Shown: in pieces, positions 1 through 12,195 of the stretch
Position numbering within the stretch: position 1 is the stretch's first letter
How the letters are laid out: the number at the start of each line of letters is the position of its first letter
From: Malacoraja senta
Taxonomy: Eukaryota
Length of the DNA: 64,000 bases
Direction: 5' to 3'
Assembly: GCA_038087875.1 (NCBI GenBank)
Contig: JAXLNO010005917.1
Span: forward strand, 1-64,000
Translations under genes and position numbers: made by a program
The notes under the pieces: model-generated
What the model saw: the letters and a program-made list of their open reading frames with translations, nothing else
What the model was told of the DNA's origin: nothing
Database searches by the model: none

Positions 1-1519
1 CCCCCACGTGGGAGGGGGGGGGGGGGCATTGGCGCAGACCTCTTCCCCCACCCTCCCCCACAAGGAAAGTTCTGGAAATGAAACCCTCCCCTATTCCACC
101 CCCCCCCCCCACAATGAAACAGGGAGCTTCCCCCCCCCCATCCCATCCCTCCACAAGGAAAATCACAATTTTTTGAGTAAATGAAACCTCTCTCCTATTC
201 CACCCCCCACACGCACGCACACACGCATACACACAATGAAAAACCTCCTCCCAAGACAGGAAAGATTTAGAAGGATATATGGGCCAAATGCAGGCAAGTG
301 AGATGAATGTGGATGGGGCATCTTGGTCGTCGTGGGATGAATGTGGATGGGGCATCTTGGTCGTCGTGGGCAAGTTGGGTCAATGCTGTATGAACCTATG
401 ATTCTATGACTCGATTTCCATCAGATAGTTTCTTGTATCTCACAGTTCCAGTTTTTACTTTAATTTCTCTCTTCTGAACTTCGTTCTCTTCTGCATCGAT
501 GTCCTAACAACGAATAACATGAGATTAACAAGCCTTCATACTCTCTCAGCTGGTACCATCAACATTTGTTGGCACTTATAATCTCATGTTTACCATCACA
601 TCACAGACATTCCTGTGATTCTATCCACCTTGCCTTGTCTCTACAACCTAGTATACGATTGACCTCTCTTTTCCTAGTTGACATGTCTGTAGCGCTAAAC
701 CACGCAGTAGATGCTGCCTGACCGTCTAAGTATTCCTGACATTTTCTGTTTTTGTAAATAGGATTAATATGTTTGAGAAGGTTGGATGCATCCAATACTC
801 ATTAAGAAACAGGCCACCCCTTTTATGATGCATAATTATGACACAAAGATATTTTATAGCTACTGCAAATCTCCATCAATAAGGACTTAAAAATAATATT
901 TAATGAAGCCAGAAGATAGACGCAAAAAGCTGGAGTAGCAACTCTGGGGGGGGGAAAGGAATAGATGACGTTTCGGGTCGAGACCCTGCCATTTGTCTCA
1001 CAACACCATGGAAATAATTATGCTTTGACAATGAACTAACTGTGGTACAGCCCAACCTGCTCTGGTGTAACATTGCTACGCTACATTGCTTTATCAATTT
1101 ATACTTTTGATATCTATTCATAAGTAATTGAATCATAATTAGCTAACATTAATGGAAATATTTATTGATTCCACAAATCTAGTGGCATATTAACAGGGTG
1201 CTACCAGTAGCAACGCTGATGCAACACCTGCCTTTTAAAATTATTTCAAATCCAGCTGACTTCGCAGAAAACTTGCAGAAGTTAGCAAAAAATGCAGATA
1301 AACCGCCAGATAGTTAAACTCAGATTTTTTTAAATTGTTGCGTCGTCTACACTTATCTGCCCAGGCCCTGAATATAACCCAGGAAGATTTATCTGCCAGT
1401 TACTTTGCGAGCTTTGTCTTAGTGGTAGCAATTTTCTCTGAATCAAAGGGGTCCGTGCCGCACCTCAGACATAGAATCACATAATCTAAATTTTTACTTG
1501 GTGCAGTTTTTTGGTGTTA

Positions 1520-2125
1520 AACTGAGAAACACTGCACCCAAGAAGGCACATCAACAACTCAACTCATCTCAAAGCTCAAGGACAGAGGAGTCAACAACCC
1601 CCTCTGCCACAGGATCCTTGACTCTCTGACCCACAGACCATAATCGGTGAGGGTGTGTGACAACAACACCTCCACGATAATTCTCAACACTGGTGCCCCA
1701 CAAGAATATGTTCTCAGTCCCTTACTATTATCTCTATCCACTCATGACTTTGCAGTCATATTCAGCTCTACAAGTTAACAGATGACACTGCTGTGGTGTG
1801 TTGGATCGCAAAAATTGACAGGATAGAGTACAGGAAGAAGATCGGGAATTTGGTCCTAGCAAAATGCAGAAGCTAGTTATCGACTTCAGGAAGCGTGGTG
1901 GAGTACATGCCACAGACAGCATCAATAGTGACAAAGTGGAAATGGTTGAGAGCTTCAGGTTCCTTGGTGTAAATATTACCAATGATCTGTCGTAGTCCAA
2001 CCACATTGATGCAACAGCCAAGAAGGAATCCTAATGCCTATACTTCCTGAGGAAATTCAGCATGTCTCAAATACATTTTACAAACTTCTACAGTTGCACG
2101 GTATAAAGCATACTGTCAGATAACT
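1520..2125 (+). mobile_element. Degraded Rex1/Babar-like LINE RT fragment
   Basis: Plus-strand translation gives ILNTGAPQ..VLSPLL, DDT and FRFLGVNITNDLS with frameshifts. Confidence 0.7.
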
Positions 2126-2441
2126 GGTCACTTAACTCTTCGCTATTAGTGGAAAGCAACATAGTGCAAAATGGTTGTACTTGGTTGTATTATTCCCTAC
2201 ACATTAAAAACACTTAATTGACTGTCTTGTGGACTGATCTGAAGACTTAATAGGAGTATGTTTTCACTGATGAGAAAATGTCATTTTTTTCTTATTAATA
2301 AATTAAAATTTGATGAGTGGTGATATGCAACTAAGATATCAGGGCTGGTGAACTTTAGAAGTAAAGAGATTGACTGGTGGATGGAGGTTGGGATTGCTTT
2401 CTGTGGACCAGAAGAGGCTTAGGAGAGAGTTGATTTAAGGT

Positions 2442-2532
2442 TTATACCTAGCAAAGGTGAACAAATCTCTTTATACCTAGCAAATATGAACAAATCTCTT
2501 TATACCTAGCAAAGACGAACACATCTCTTTCT
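2442..2532. repeat. ~29-bp tandem triplication within a CR1 remnant
   Basis: TTTATACCTAGCAAA...GAACA.ATCTC three times. Confidence 0.8.
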
Positions 2533-3023
2533 CTTAGCAGAAACGTCAATCATTGGCTCTGGGACCATGATGAAAATAATAATAATAATAATGTGACTCT
2601 TGAGGATGGATTAGAAAAAATTTGAGGGGAAGAACAAAACACCTATAAATTGTTGCTGATCTGTATATCGCTACCCAAGAGAGGAGTGCAGGAGAAACTT
2701 TGCTCCCATTTTAAAGGACTTGGTAGTAAAATAGAAAACCCATAAACTATGCAGCCATGAACCTGAAGCTAGATAGTTAATTTTTGGATAGGGATTGAGT
2801 GTGTGGTATATTTCAATGATATTTCTTGGAATACCATAACCTCAAATGTGAAGTGGAAGTATTATTGGACAAAAAACATATGCTAGATACCAAAATCTAA
2901 CACACCGTCCTAGGTAAACTTAGATTCCAGGTGGCAAACTGGCATCCATTACTGTTTCAGTGCTTTGCTTCTTCGTGGAGGAATAGGCCTCAAATAATCA
3001 TGAACATCATAATCCAGCCTTCA

Positions 3024-3620
3024 GTGCAGCACAGCGGTAGAGCTGCTGCCTCACAGTGCTAGAGACCCGGGTTCAATGACCTTTAGTGCTGCCTGTACGG
3101 AGTTTGTGTGTTCTCCCTGTGACCGCGTGGATTTTCTCTGGGTGCTCCGGTTTCCATCCACATTCCAAGTACATGCAAGTTCAAAGATTTAATTGGTTTC
3201 TATAAATTGCCCCTGGTGTGTAGGATGAGAAGGGGGAAAACATAAAAGGGCGTCAAGGTGGCACAGTGGTAGAGTTGCTGCCTTAGTGCCGGAGACCCGG
3301 GTTCGATCCCGACCACGGGTGCTGTCTGTACGGAGTTTATATGTTCTCCCCTTAACCGTGTGGGTTTTCGCCGAGATCTTTGGTTTATCCCCCACTCCAA
3401 AGACGTACAGGTTTGTAGGTTAATTGGCGGTATAAATGTAAATTGTCCCTAGTCTGTGTAGGATAGTGTTGATGTGCGGAGATCGCTGGTGGGCATGGAC
3501 TCGGTGAGCCAAAGGGCCTGTTTCCACGCTGTATCGCTAAGCTAAACTAAACTAGTGTATGGGGATCAATGGTCGGTGTGGACTTGGTGGGCCAAAGGGC
3601 CTGGATCTCTAAACTAATAC
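3024..3620 (+). mobile_element. Tandem or nested HE1-type V-SINEs
   Basis: tRNA-like head (A box GTGGCACAGTGG, B box GGTTCGATCCC), V-domain CTGTACGGAGTTT..GTTCTCCC, HER1/CR1 tail ending (CTAAA)n. Confidence 0.85.
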
Positions 3621-4139
3621 ATCCAGAATCATGGCAAGGTGCCGAAATAACAGTGGAGCACAATTTTGTTGCAAGGAGAGTGGATTGACAATCAGAGTCT
3701 CATCTGAGAGTCAGTCATGTGAAACATTTTATTTTTATTACACATCACTGGAATTTGATATTTTTAGTCTTGTTTGCAATGACTCAGATTCTGAAGTGTG
3801 TTTACATCCCGCTCACTCCCAAACAACATCTGTAGCGGAAAATGGACACGCAAAGTAATCCGTTCATTTACCTTCACAGATGCTGCATGGCATCCTGATA
3901 GAAGTGTAAATATTTATGAAACATTAAGATGAGTGGTTAACTATTTCAACTAGTCATTCAGTTGGTTGATAATGTACCAAGGTTAATGAAGGAAAGGTTA
4001 AATACTGCCTTGAATTTATGATTGGTAATCTCTCCTCTGTAATTTTGGCACTTTTGGCCATATTCAGACTAGAGCTGCAGAGAGGTTTGGAACTATGTTG
4101 GAGGTCAAAATAGGTATCAATGAACATGTAATCGGCGGG

Positions 4140-5829
4140 TGTAGATTGGTTATTTTCTACTAGCCAATTGTAGTGCTTGTTAGTAGTTGCTCTGCCTAAT
4201 ATGCGTTTTATATTAGCAAGAGCTTGTCTATGCCAATCAGTAAGAGTAGCTGCTAGGAACTGTAATGTCCTGCAGATCGATGCTGTAAGTAGATTTAATA
4301 AACATGTGTTGTATCTTGATATGTGTTTGACTCAACTCATTACATGGTGTCAGAGAGTGAGTCTTACCTACTCTGTTCACGTTTATCGGGTTTTATTTTT
4401 TAATTTGTTTATGTGCCGGTTATCTCTATTATGGCAAACTCGTCTTGCCGTCCTAGTCCTCTGATCTTTGACTCCGACATTGGTGAACGCTGGCGTCTTT
4501 TCGAGCGTGACTACACTCAGTATGTTCGCATTGTTCATCGCAACGACCCTCCTGATGTGTGTGCTTCTGCATTACTCAACTTAGCGGGCCCAGAGGCAAT
4601 GAATCGTGCCAACAATTTCCCATCTGAGCCTGTCGTTTTAGATGATAATGGACAGGTCCTCGTGCCTGCCGAGACGATTGATGACCTTGCCATCTTACTT
4701 GCAAAGTTCAGACAGTTGTGTGACCTGCCCTCGAACTACATTATTGAACGTACCAAGTTGTATGGAGTAGATTGATGAACCGGTTGAACGTTTTATCAGC
4801 GACTTAAAACACATGGCTGCACGCTGCCAGATTCATGGTCTGTGCGATGAACTCATCCGTGACAAAATTGTTGGAGGTATGCTTGATAGCAAGTGAAGGG
4901 ATGAACTGCTTCGTAACACTGACCTAACCCTTAATCAAGCCGAGCATGCCTGCCGGATTGCTGAGATAACATCTTCTCACACTAAGTCTGTGACCTCCGG
5001 TCAGCGTTCGCAGTATGGTGTCAATCTTACAGACACCTCTCGTAACAGACATCCCCAGAATGCTGTTCGATGTCCAAATTACAACTACTTTCATGCTACG
5101 GGTGGACAGTTCTGTATTGCATATGGTAAAGCCTGTAACTTCTGCAAGGAATTAAACCACTTTGCTAGATGCTGCCGTTCCCGTGCGACTCAACCAGCTC
5201 CAAGGACAAGCCTGCACCTGTTACAACATGAGCTTGCTGATAACGAATACCAAGAGCCTGACTTGCCATCCCCCGCTCAGCTCTCTGAAAGTACAGATAC
5301 CTGCTCAGCCATCCACTCTCTCAAATGAGCAACTTGACCCTGAGGTAACCATGTTTGTGAATAACAGACCTTTGATCGCTAAGGTTGATACGGGCACAAA
5401 ATGCAACATCTTGTTATCAAAGTTATTAAAATTTCGTAATGCTGAACGTATTGAAAAGGCCTCGGCCATGCTTCGGGCCTATGGGGGAGATGTTCTACAC
5501 CCACTTGGACAAACTAATTTAAAATGTACCATAGACACGCAGCCTCATACCCTAAAGATTTATATCGTCAAGGGAGATTCAGAGACTTTGCTCGGTATCA
5601 ATACATGCGACGATTTAGGCCTGGTATCCTTTGGTTATTTGCTACTAGCTAATTATAGTGCTTGTTAGTAGTTGCTCTGCCTAATATGTGTTTTATATTA
5701 ACAAGAGTTTGCCTACGCCATTCAGTATGAGTAGCTGCCAGGAACTGTAATGTCCTGCAGATCGATACTGTAAGTAGATTTTATAAACATGTGTTGTATC
5801 TTGATATGTGTTTGACTCAACTCATTGCA
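4140..5829 (+). mobile_element. Ty3/gypsy (Mag-like) LTR retrotransposon, internally deleted (gag and protease only)
   Basis: 5' LTR 4140-4344 (TG...CA), PBS TGGTGTCAGA at 4345, 3' LTR 5631-5829. 5-bp TSD GCGGG at 4135-4139 and 5830-5834. Gag-like ORF, zinc knuckle CNFCKELNHFARCC, aspartic protease motif KVDTG. Confidence 0.92.
4431..5630 (+). pseudogene. Disrupted gag-protease of the LTR element
   Basis: ORF pieces 4413-4775, 4990-5328 and 5162-5668, broken by frameshifts and stops. CCHC knuckle and DTG motif present. Confidence 0.85.
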
Positions 5830-5953
5830 GCGGGTATCTGCTATTTGGTAATACTACTGTGACAGTACCTTCCAGTCTAGTACTAGTCATTGAAAGATGG
5901 TCTGAAAATGACAGGATTGCATTTGTCTAGCTTTTTGTATACAGGAATACATA

Positions 5954-7557
5954 CAGTGGCGTATGTACCCCTTGAACTTTTCCACATTTTGTCACGTTAC
6001 AACCACAAACGTAAATGCATTTTATTGGGATTTTATGTGATAGACCAACACAAAGTGGCGCATAATTGTGAAGTGGAAGGAAAATGATACATGGTTTCAA
6101 ATTTTTTTACAAATAAAAAACTGAAAAGTGTCGCGTGCAAAGGTATTCGGCCCCCTTTACTCTGATACCCCTAAATAAAATCCAGTGCAACCATTGCCTT
6201 CAGAAGTCACCTAATTAGTAAATAGAGTCCACTTGTGTGTAATCTAATCTCAGTATAAATACAGCTGTTCTGTGAAGGTCTCAGAGGTTTGTTAGAGAAC
6301 ATTAGTGAACAAACAGCATCATGAAGCCCAAGGAACACATCAGACAGGTCAGGGATAAAGTTGTGGAGAAGTTTAAAGCGGGTTAGGTTATAAAAAAATA
6401 TCCCAAGCTTTGAACATCTCACGGAGCACTGTTCAATCCATCATCCGAAAATGGAAAGAGTATGGCACAACTGCAAACCTACCAAGACATGGCCGTCCAC
6501 CTAAACTGACAGGCCAGGCAAGGAGAGCATTGATCAGAGAAGCAGCCAAGAGGCCCATGGTAACTCTGGAGGAGCTGCAGAGATCCACAGCTCAGGTGGG
6601 AGAATCTGTCCACAGGACAACTATTAGTCGTGCACTCCACAAATCGGGCCTTTATGGAAGAGTGGCAAGAAGAAAGCCATTGTTGAAAAAAAAGCCATAA
6701 GAAGTCCCGTTTGCAGTTTGCCACAAGCCATGTGGGGGACACAGCAAACATGTGGAGGAAGGTGCTCTGGTCAGATGAGACCAAAATTGAAGTTTTTGGC
6801 CTAAATGCAAACGTTATGTGTGGCGGAAACCTAACACTGCACATCACCCTGAACATATCATCCCCACTATGAAACATGGTGGTGGCAGCATCATGCTGTG
6901 GGGATGCTTTTCTTCAGCAGGGACAGGGAAGCTGGTCAGAGTTGATTGGAAGATGGATGGAGCCAAATACAGGGCAATCTTGGAAGAAAACCTGTTAGAG
7001 TCTGCAAAAGACTTGAGACTGGGGCGGAGGTTCACCTTCCAGCAGGACAACGACCCTAAACATACAGCCAGAGCTACAATGGAATGGTTTAGATCAAAGC
7101 ATATTCATGTGTTAGAATGGCCCAGTCAAAGTCCAGACCTAAATCCAATTGAGAATCTCTGGCAAGACTTGAAAATTGCTGTTCACAGACGCTCTCCATC
7201 CAATCTGACTGAGCTTCTGCTATTTTGCAAAGAAGAATGGGCAAAAAGTTCAGTCTCTAGATTTGCAAAGCTGGTAGAGACATACCCCAAAAGACTTGCA
7301 GCTGTAATTGCAGCAAAAGGTGGTTCTACAAAGTATTGACTCAGGGGGGCTGAATACTTTTGCACGCGACACTTTTCAGTTTTTTATTTGTAAACAAATT
7401 TGAAAACCATGTATCATTTTCCTTCTGCTTCACAATTATGCGCCACTTTGTGTTGGTCTATCACATAAAATCCCAATAAAATACATTTACATTTGTGGTT
7501 GTAACGTGACAAAATGTGGAAAAGTTCAAGCGGTATGAAAACTTTTGCAAGCCACTG
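5954..7557 (+). mobile_element. Tc1/mariner DNA transposon with long IR/DR-type TIRs, defective
   Basis: TA-CAGTGGC...GCCACTG-TA ends with ~200-bp inverted repeats; the left TIR has a small deletion. Transposase motifs GRPPK, WSDE, QQDNDPKH and SPDLNPIE. Confidence 0.95.
6321..7339 (+). pseudogene. Frameshifted Tc1 DD34E transposase
   Basis: ATG at 6321; ORF pieces 6410-6700 and 6818-7339 carry HTH and DDE motifs. Confidence 0.92.
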
Positions 7558-8479
7558 TAGGTGTTTATCCACTTGCTAGGTAGATGATGTAGATATTTCT
7601 GTACCCAGCAGTTCATTTATACAGCAGACCAGTTACAGTATACACACGGACTCTTCTGGCACACATTTTTCTAATTCTGTAGCCACAATACTGTAAATTC
7701 AACTTCTTGACAGATTATTCATCTGTGGACCAGAACTAAGTGATTAGTTTGATGATTCCAGGGCACTTTGTTGGATTGGGGATGTGGTGAAATTTCACAA
7801 TATGATAAAATTTTGATGATCACTGTTCTGCAGTTGCTTCAATGTTCTTTCCTTCAAATTACAAAATAATATTAGGGCGCTGATTAAAATAATAATTTCA
7901 ATTTTGTGGTAGGAAAGTTACTGGAGAGGCTTCTGAGAAATGAGATACACATGCATTTGGAAAGCCAGGAGGCTAAGGGGTGATAATCGTCAGGGGAAAT
8001 AGGTATGTTGAATGCATAAAATCATGAGGGGAATAGATATGTTGAATGCACAGAATCTTTTCCTAGGTTTAGGAAATCAAGAACTAGAGGGTATAGGTTT
8101 AAGGTGAGGGGGGGAGAGATTTAACAGTAACCTGAGAGTCAACTTTTTGCACACTAAGGGTCATGGGTGTATGAAATGAGCCGCCAGAAGAAGTAGCTGA
8201 GGTAGGTACAATAACAACATTTAAAAGAAAACTAGACTAAGTGGGACCCATTGGGTCCCATTGCCACAAGGGAGGCCTGGTCCCCCAACGCAATATTTCA
8301 CCACTCACCTATAGCCCCCAACTGCGCAGGCCCAGCTGACAGGTCCCGTTGTGATGCCCCTGATCCCCCCCACCTCCATGCACTCACTGCATTCCCCACT
8401 CAAACCCCCCCCCCCCCCCCCATCCATCCTTAGTGGCTCTCCGGCTGTGCAGCCATTCCCGCCCATTAGGTTCCCATTG

Positions 8480-9255
8480 TCAAGAGTCAAGAGTGTTTTA
8501 TTGTCATATGTCCCAGATAGAACAGTGAAATTCTTACTTGCTGCAGCAACAACAGAATATGTAATCATAATAAATAATATAATAAAAACTCAGGAAAAAA
8601 AGAACAAACAATAACAGTGCAATAATAATAATAGTCTATTGTAGTTCAGAGCTTATGAGATTGTAGTGTTTAATAGCCTGATGGCTGTAGGGAAGAAGCT
8701 GTTCCTGAACCTGCACGTTACAATTCTCAGGCTCCTGTACCTTCTTCCCGATGGCAGTGGTGAGATGAGTGTGTGGCCAGGATGGTGTGGGTCCTTGATG
8801 ATGTTGGCCGCCTTTTTGAGGCAGTGACTACGATAAATCCCTTCGATGGTGGGGAGGTCAGAGCCGGTGATGGCCTGGGCAGGGTTTACAACTTTTTGCA
8901 GTTTTTTCCGCTCCTGGATGTTCAAGTTGCCGAACCAGGCCACAATGCAAGTATGCTCTGTACTGTGCACCCGTAGAAGTTCAATCCTATCTGACATACC
9001 GAATCTCCGTTATCTTCTCAGGAAGTAGAGGCGCTAATGTGGTTTCTTTATGATTGCATCAGTGTTCTGGGTCCAGGAAAGATCGTTGGAAATATGCATG
9101 CCCAGGAATTTGAAGTGTTTGACTCTCTCCACCATCGTCCCATTGATGTAAACATGATTGTGGGTGCTACACCTTTCTCTTCCAAAGTCCACAATTAGTT
9201 CTTTGATTTTGCTGACAGAGAGCCAGGTTGTTGTGCTGGCACCATATTGGCAATG
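8480..9255 (-). mobile_element. Rex1/Babar-like non-LTR retrotransposon 3' fragment nested in the Helitron
   Basis: FKFLGMHISNDLSW and KKAANIIKDPHHPGH...LPSGRRYRS...FRNSFFPTAIRLLN. Short tandem tail GTCAAGA-GTCAAGA at about 8480. Confidence 0.8.
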
Positions 9256-9559
9256 TGACGTAGAACATGCAGGTATTACTGCACAGGCGCAGCGGACGGG
9301 CACGGCAAGTGGAAAAGGGATTTATTAAAGCTTAAAATGTGAATAACTCTTAAAATACAACAACAATTTAAACGTTAAAGATGAGATTTATTCAGTTCAG
9401 TTCTTTCGTGTTGTGTCTCTTGTTGCGTTCTGCTGCTCATTGCGTCTCGATACCTCTTTGCTGTTGATGAAAAAAAAGACACACAATTTGAATATACACA
9501 TTATTGAGTGGTCAAATTTTAACGAAGAAAATCTGAGAATATACCTCGGAAGCCATCGT

Positions 9560-11130
9560 TCAACCAAGCACGCGTTTAATGACAACATTCTTGGTTGATG
9601 TTCCATCCCTCAGGAAAACGTTGACATTTTCCTTCACCTTTCCTCGGTTAAGAGCCACATATAGTTGTCCATGCTGAAATACTGGTTTCTCGAGATATAT
9701 CAACACTTTCTCCATGGTTTGTCCTTGCGCTTTACGGATCGTCATAGCAAAACTTGACTGAATGGGGAATTGGCTTTGCCTTCTGTCAAATTGAGCGTTA
9801 TCATAGGAATGAGAACAATGTCATCTTTGAAGACTCCCATGTTGATTCTTGCAACAATTAGATTATTGTGTAGTTCTTCCACAATCATCCTCCTTCCATT
9901 GCATAGCTTTGGGGGTTCCAAGTTTCTCATTAACATGATCGGAGATCCTTTTTTCAACTCCAATTTGTTTGGTGGTAATCCTGAGATGTCGAGTGAATCG
10001 AGGAATTCTGTTGGGAAGCATTAGTTCCCTCAGTGACAGCATTGAAAGAAAAGTACTCCTTAATGATTCCAGGGACGCGTCTGATACATGGAGAATTGAT
10101 GCTTCTCATCGTATCGTTGTGCAGAACCAAGATACAATTGTCGGAGTATAATTCTGCAGGATTGTCAAATGCGGGATAGATTAAATCAATACATTCCTCC
10201 AGTGTTTTTGCTGATAGAACCATGACTTCTGGCATTTCAATTTCATCGTCATTCTTTAAAATCTCATCTTCTCCAACTTTCAACAAAAATTGAGAATAGT
10301 CGCTCTCCTCTCTCCCTCTCTCATTCGCATATTCGTCTGTAATTGAAACTTGGTGAAAAGTGTCCACAAGTAGGATTTCTTGATGCAGGAATTTTCAACA
10401 TCAGCATCATTTTCTCTTTTCACCACAGGAAGGAGTTGTCGAAAATCGCCACAACAAATGGTAAGAATGCCGCCAAAATGCTTAGTGTTGGTGCATGCAT
10501 CTTGAAGAGTTCTGTCCACTGCTTCAAAGCTCTCCCTCCTAATCATTGGGCATTCATCCCAAACAATGAGTTTCACTTGCCTCATCAAACGTGCCGTGTT
10601 AGAGTTCTTGTCAATGTTGCAGAATGTATCCTCAGTCACTTGGATGGGTATCTTGAATCGAGAATATGCAGTTCTTCCACCAGGCATTAATTTAGCTGCT
10701 ATCCCAGAGGATGCTACAGCAATAGCCACATCACCTTGACCTCTAACTTTGGAGAGGATCAAATTGGTGATAAATGTTTTTCCCGTTCCTCCTGGTGAAT
10801 CAATGAAAAACATTGAAGGAAGCTTCCTTTTCAAGCAGTTGCGCACCTGGTCATACACTACTCTATGCTCAGCATTCAGCAGAGGCTCATTCTCCTCAAC
10901 AAATTGCTGTTGTTCAGTTCTATTGGATTGCAATTCCTGCAGCAATTCTGGATTGTCATCATCAAGGTGCTTCCTTCCATTTCTTCATCGTGGCAAATGA
11001 AAGCATTCCATTGTTTTTGTTCTATTGAATTTGATCCAATTCTCAAGCTTTTCTTGAATATACAACAGAGCCTGATCATGATGCTTCTCATCAATCATGA
11101 TATTAGGATCACTCATTGTTCTCCGTTCTT
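9560..11130 (-). pseudogene. Helitron PIF1-like SF1B helicase, frameshifted
   Basis: Motifs in the expected order across 4-5 frames: DSPGGTGKT (Walker A), AVASSGIAA, GGRT, IVWDECPM (Walker B), GDFRQLLPV, NMR, IMLMRNL...LCNG, KAQGQT, VFQHGQLYVAL. Confidence 0.92.
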
Positions 11131-11149
11131 TGTACTTGAGGTGGGAGCT

Positions 11150-11595
11150 GTCGGTGGGTGGGGGTGCAATTGTCCTGCAGCCGGGGGCTGTCGGAGGGTG
11201 TCCTGCAGCCGGTGAGGGCAAGCATCCTACAGCCGGGCAGGGGGATGGCAGCAAGCGGGGGCTGTCGGGAGGGTGAACATCCTCCAGGCGGGCTAGAGGA
11301 ACGGCTTCAGGCGGGGGTAGTCGGGGGGTGTCCTGCAACCGGGGGACCGTAACAGGCGGGGCTGTCGGGGGCCATTGGGGGGAGCATCCTCCAGCCAGGG
11401 GACAGCTTCAGGCGGGGGCTGTTGGGGGGTGGGAAATCGTCCTGCAGCCGGGGGAGGGGGACGGCTTCAGTTGGGGGCTGTCAGGTGGGGGGTGGGGGGG
11501 GAGCGACCTGCAGCTGGGGGAGGGGCATCCTGCAGCCGGGGGACGGCTTCAGGAGGGGACTGTTGGGGGCCAACGTCCTGCAGCCGTGGAGAGGG
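11150..11595. repeat. GC-rich imperfect tandem repeat inside the Helitron
   Basis: Recurring TCCTGCAGCCGGGG...GGCTTCAGGCGGGGGCTGTCGGGGG units. These explain the Pro/Gly-rich spurious ORFs. Confidence 0.8.
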
Positions 11596-11600
11596 ACGGA

Positions 11601-11730
11601 TTATAGATAGATAGATAGTTAGATTATAGATATAGATTATAGATAGATGGATAAATTATAGATATAAATAGATTGATAGATAGATAGATAGATGATAGAT
11701 AGAAGATAGATAGATAGACAGACAGACAAT
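11601..11730. repeat. (GATA)n microsatellite
   Basis: Imperfect TAGA/GATA/GACA array. Confidence 0.9.
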
Positions 11731-11871
11731 AGGTGCAGGAGTAGGCCATTTGGCCCTTCGAGCCAGCACCGCCATTCAATGTGATCAAGATAGATAGATA
11801 AGGAAATGCTTAGAGGAATAGATTGATTAGGAAATGCTTAGAGGAATATGGGCCAGCATGGGAATAGTTTA

Positions 11872-12195
11872 TTAAGTTTAGTTTGGAGATACAGCGCAGA
11901 AACAGGCCCTTCAATTAGAGAACGTTAAAAAAAAAGGGGGGGGGAAAGAAACAGGCCCTTCGGCCCACTGAGTCCAGACTGAACACCGATCCCCGCACAC
12001 TTGCACTATCCTACACATACTAGGGACAATTTACATTTATACCAAGCTGATTAATCTACAAACCTGTACGTCTTTCGGGTGTGGGAGGAAACCAAAGCAC
12101 CAGGAGAAAACCCACATGGTCACAGGGAGAACGTCCAAACTCCGTACAGACCGTCCCTTAGTCAGGATCGAACTCGTTTCTCTGGCGTGCTGCCT
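11872..12195 (-). mobile_element. HE1-type V-SINE
   Basis: Reverse complement of the same consensus. Confidence 0.8.

Larger units (their letters stand above)
8232..11607 (-). mobile_element. Helitron (rolling-circle transposon) with a PIF1 helicase remnant and no Rep domain
   Basis: On the minus strand the 3' end reads GGGACCCAATGGGTCCC hairpin, ACTTAGT, CTAG|T (CTAG at 8232-8235). Candidate 5' end A|TCTATAA at 11607 next to a GATA microsatellite. PIF1 helicase fragments lie in the same orientation. Confidence 0.85.

Noticed and set aside
1415-1560. Deu-domain/AmnSINE-like old SINE
   Set aside because: There is a faint resemblance, but it is too degraded to support by eye.
3249-3320. tRNA genes
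   Set aside because: The A/B boxes are heads of V-SINEs that continue into the V domain and LINE tail; there is no stand-alone cloverleaf.
8305-8614. Polyproline ORF (KPPPPPPS) as the PRIMA1 proline-rich PRAD exon
   Set aside because: It comes from a poly-C run in the Helitron 3' region, runs into a LINE tail, and lacks the flanking cysteines and splice sites.
9560-10945. Host PIF1 gene
   Set aside because: Intronless, frameshifted, Helitron-type motifs, and bounded by Helitron termini.
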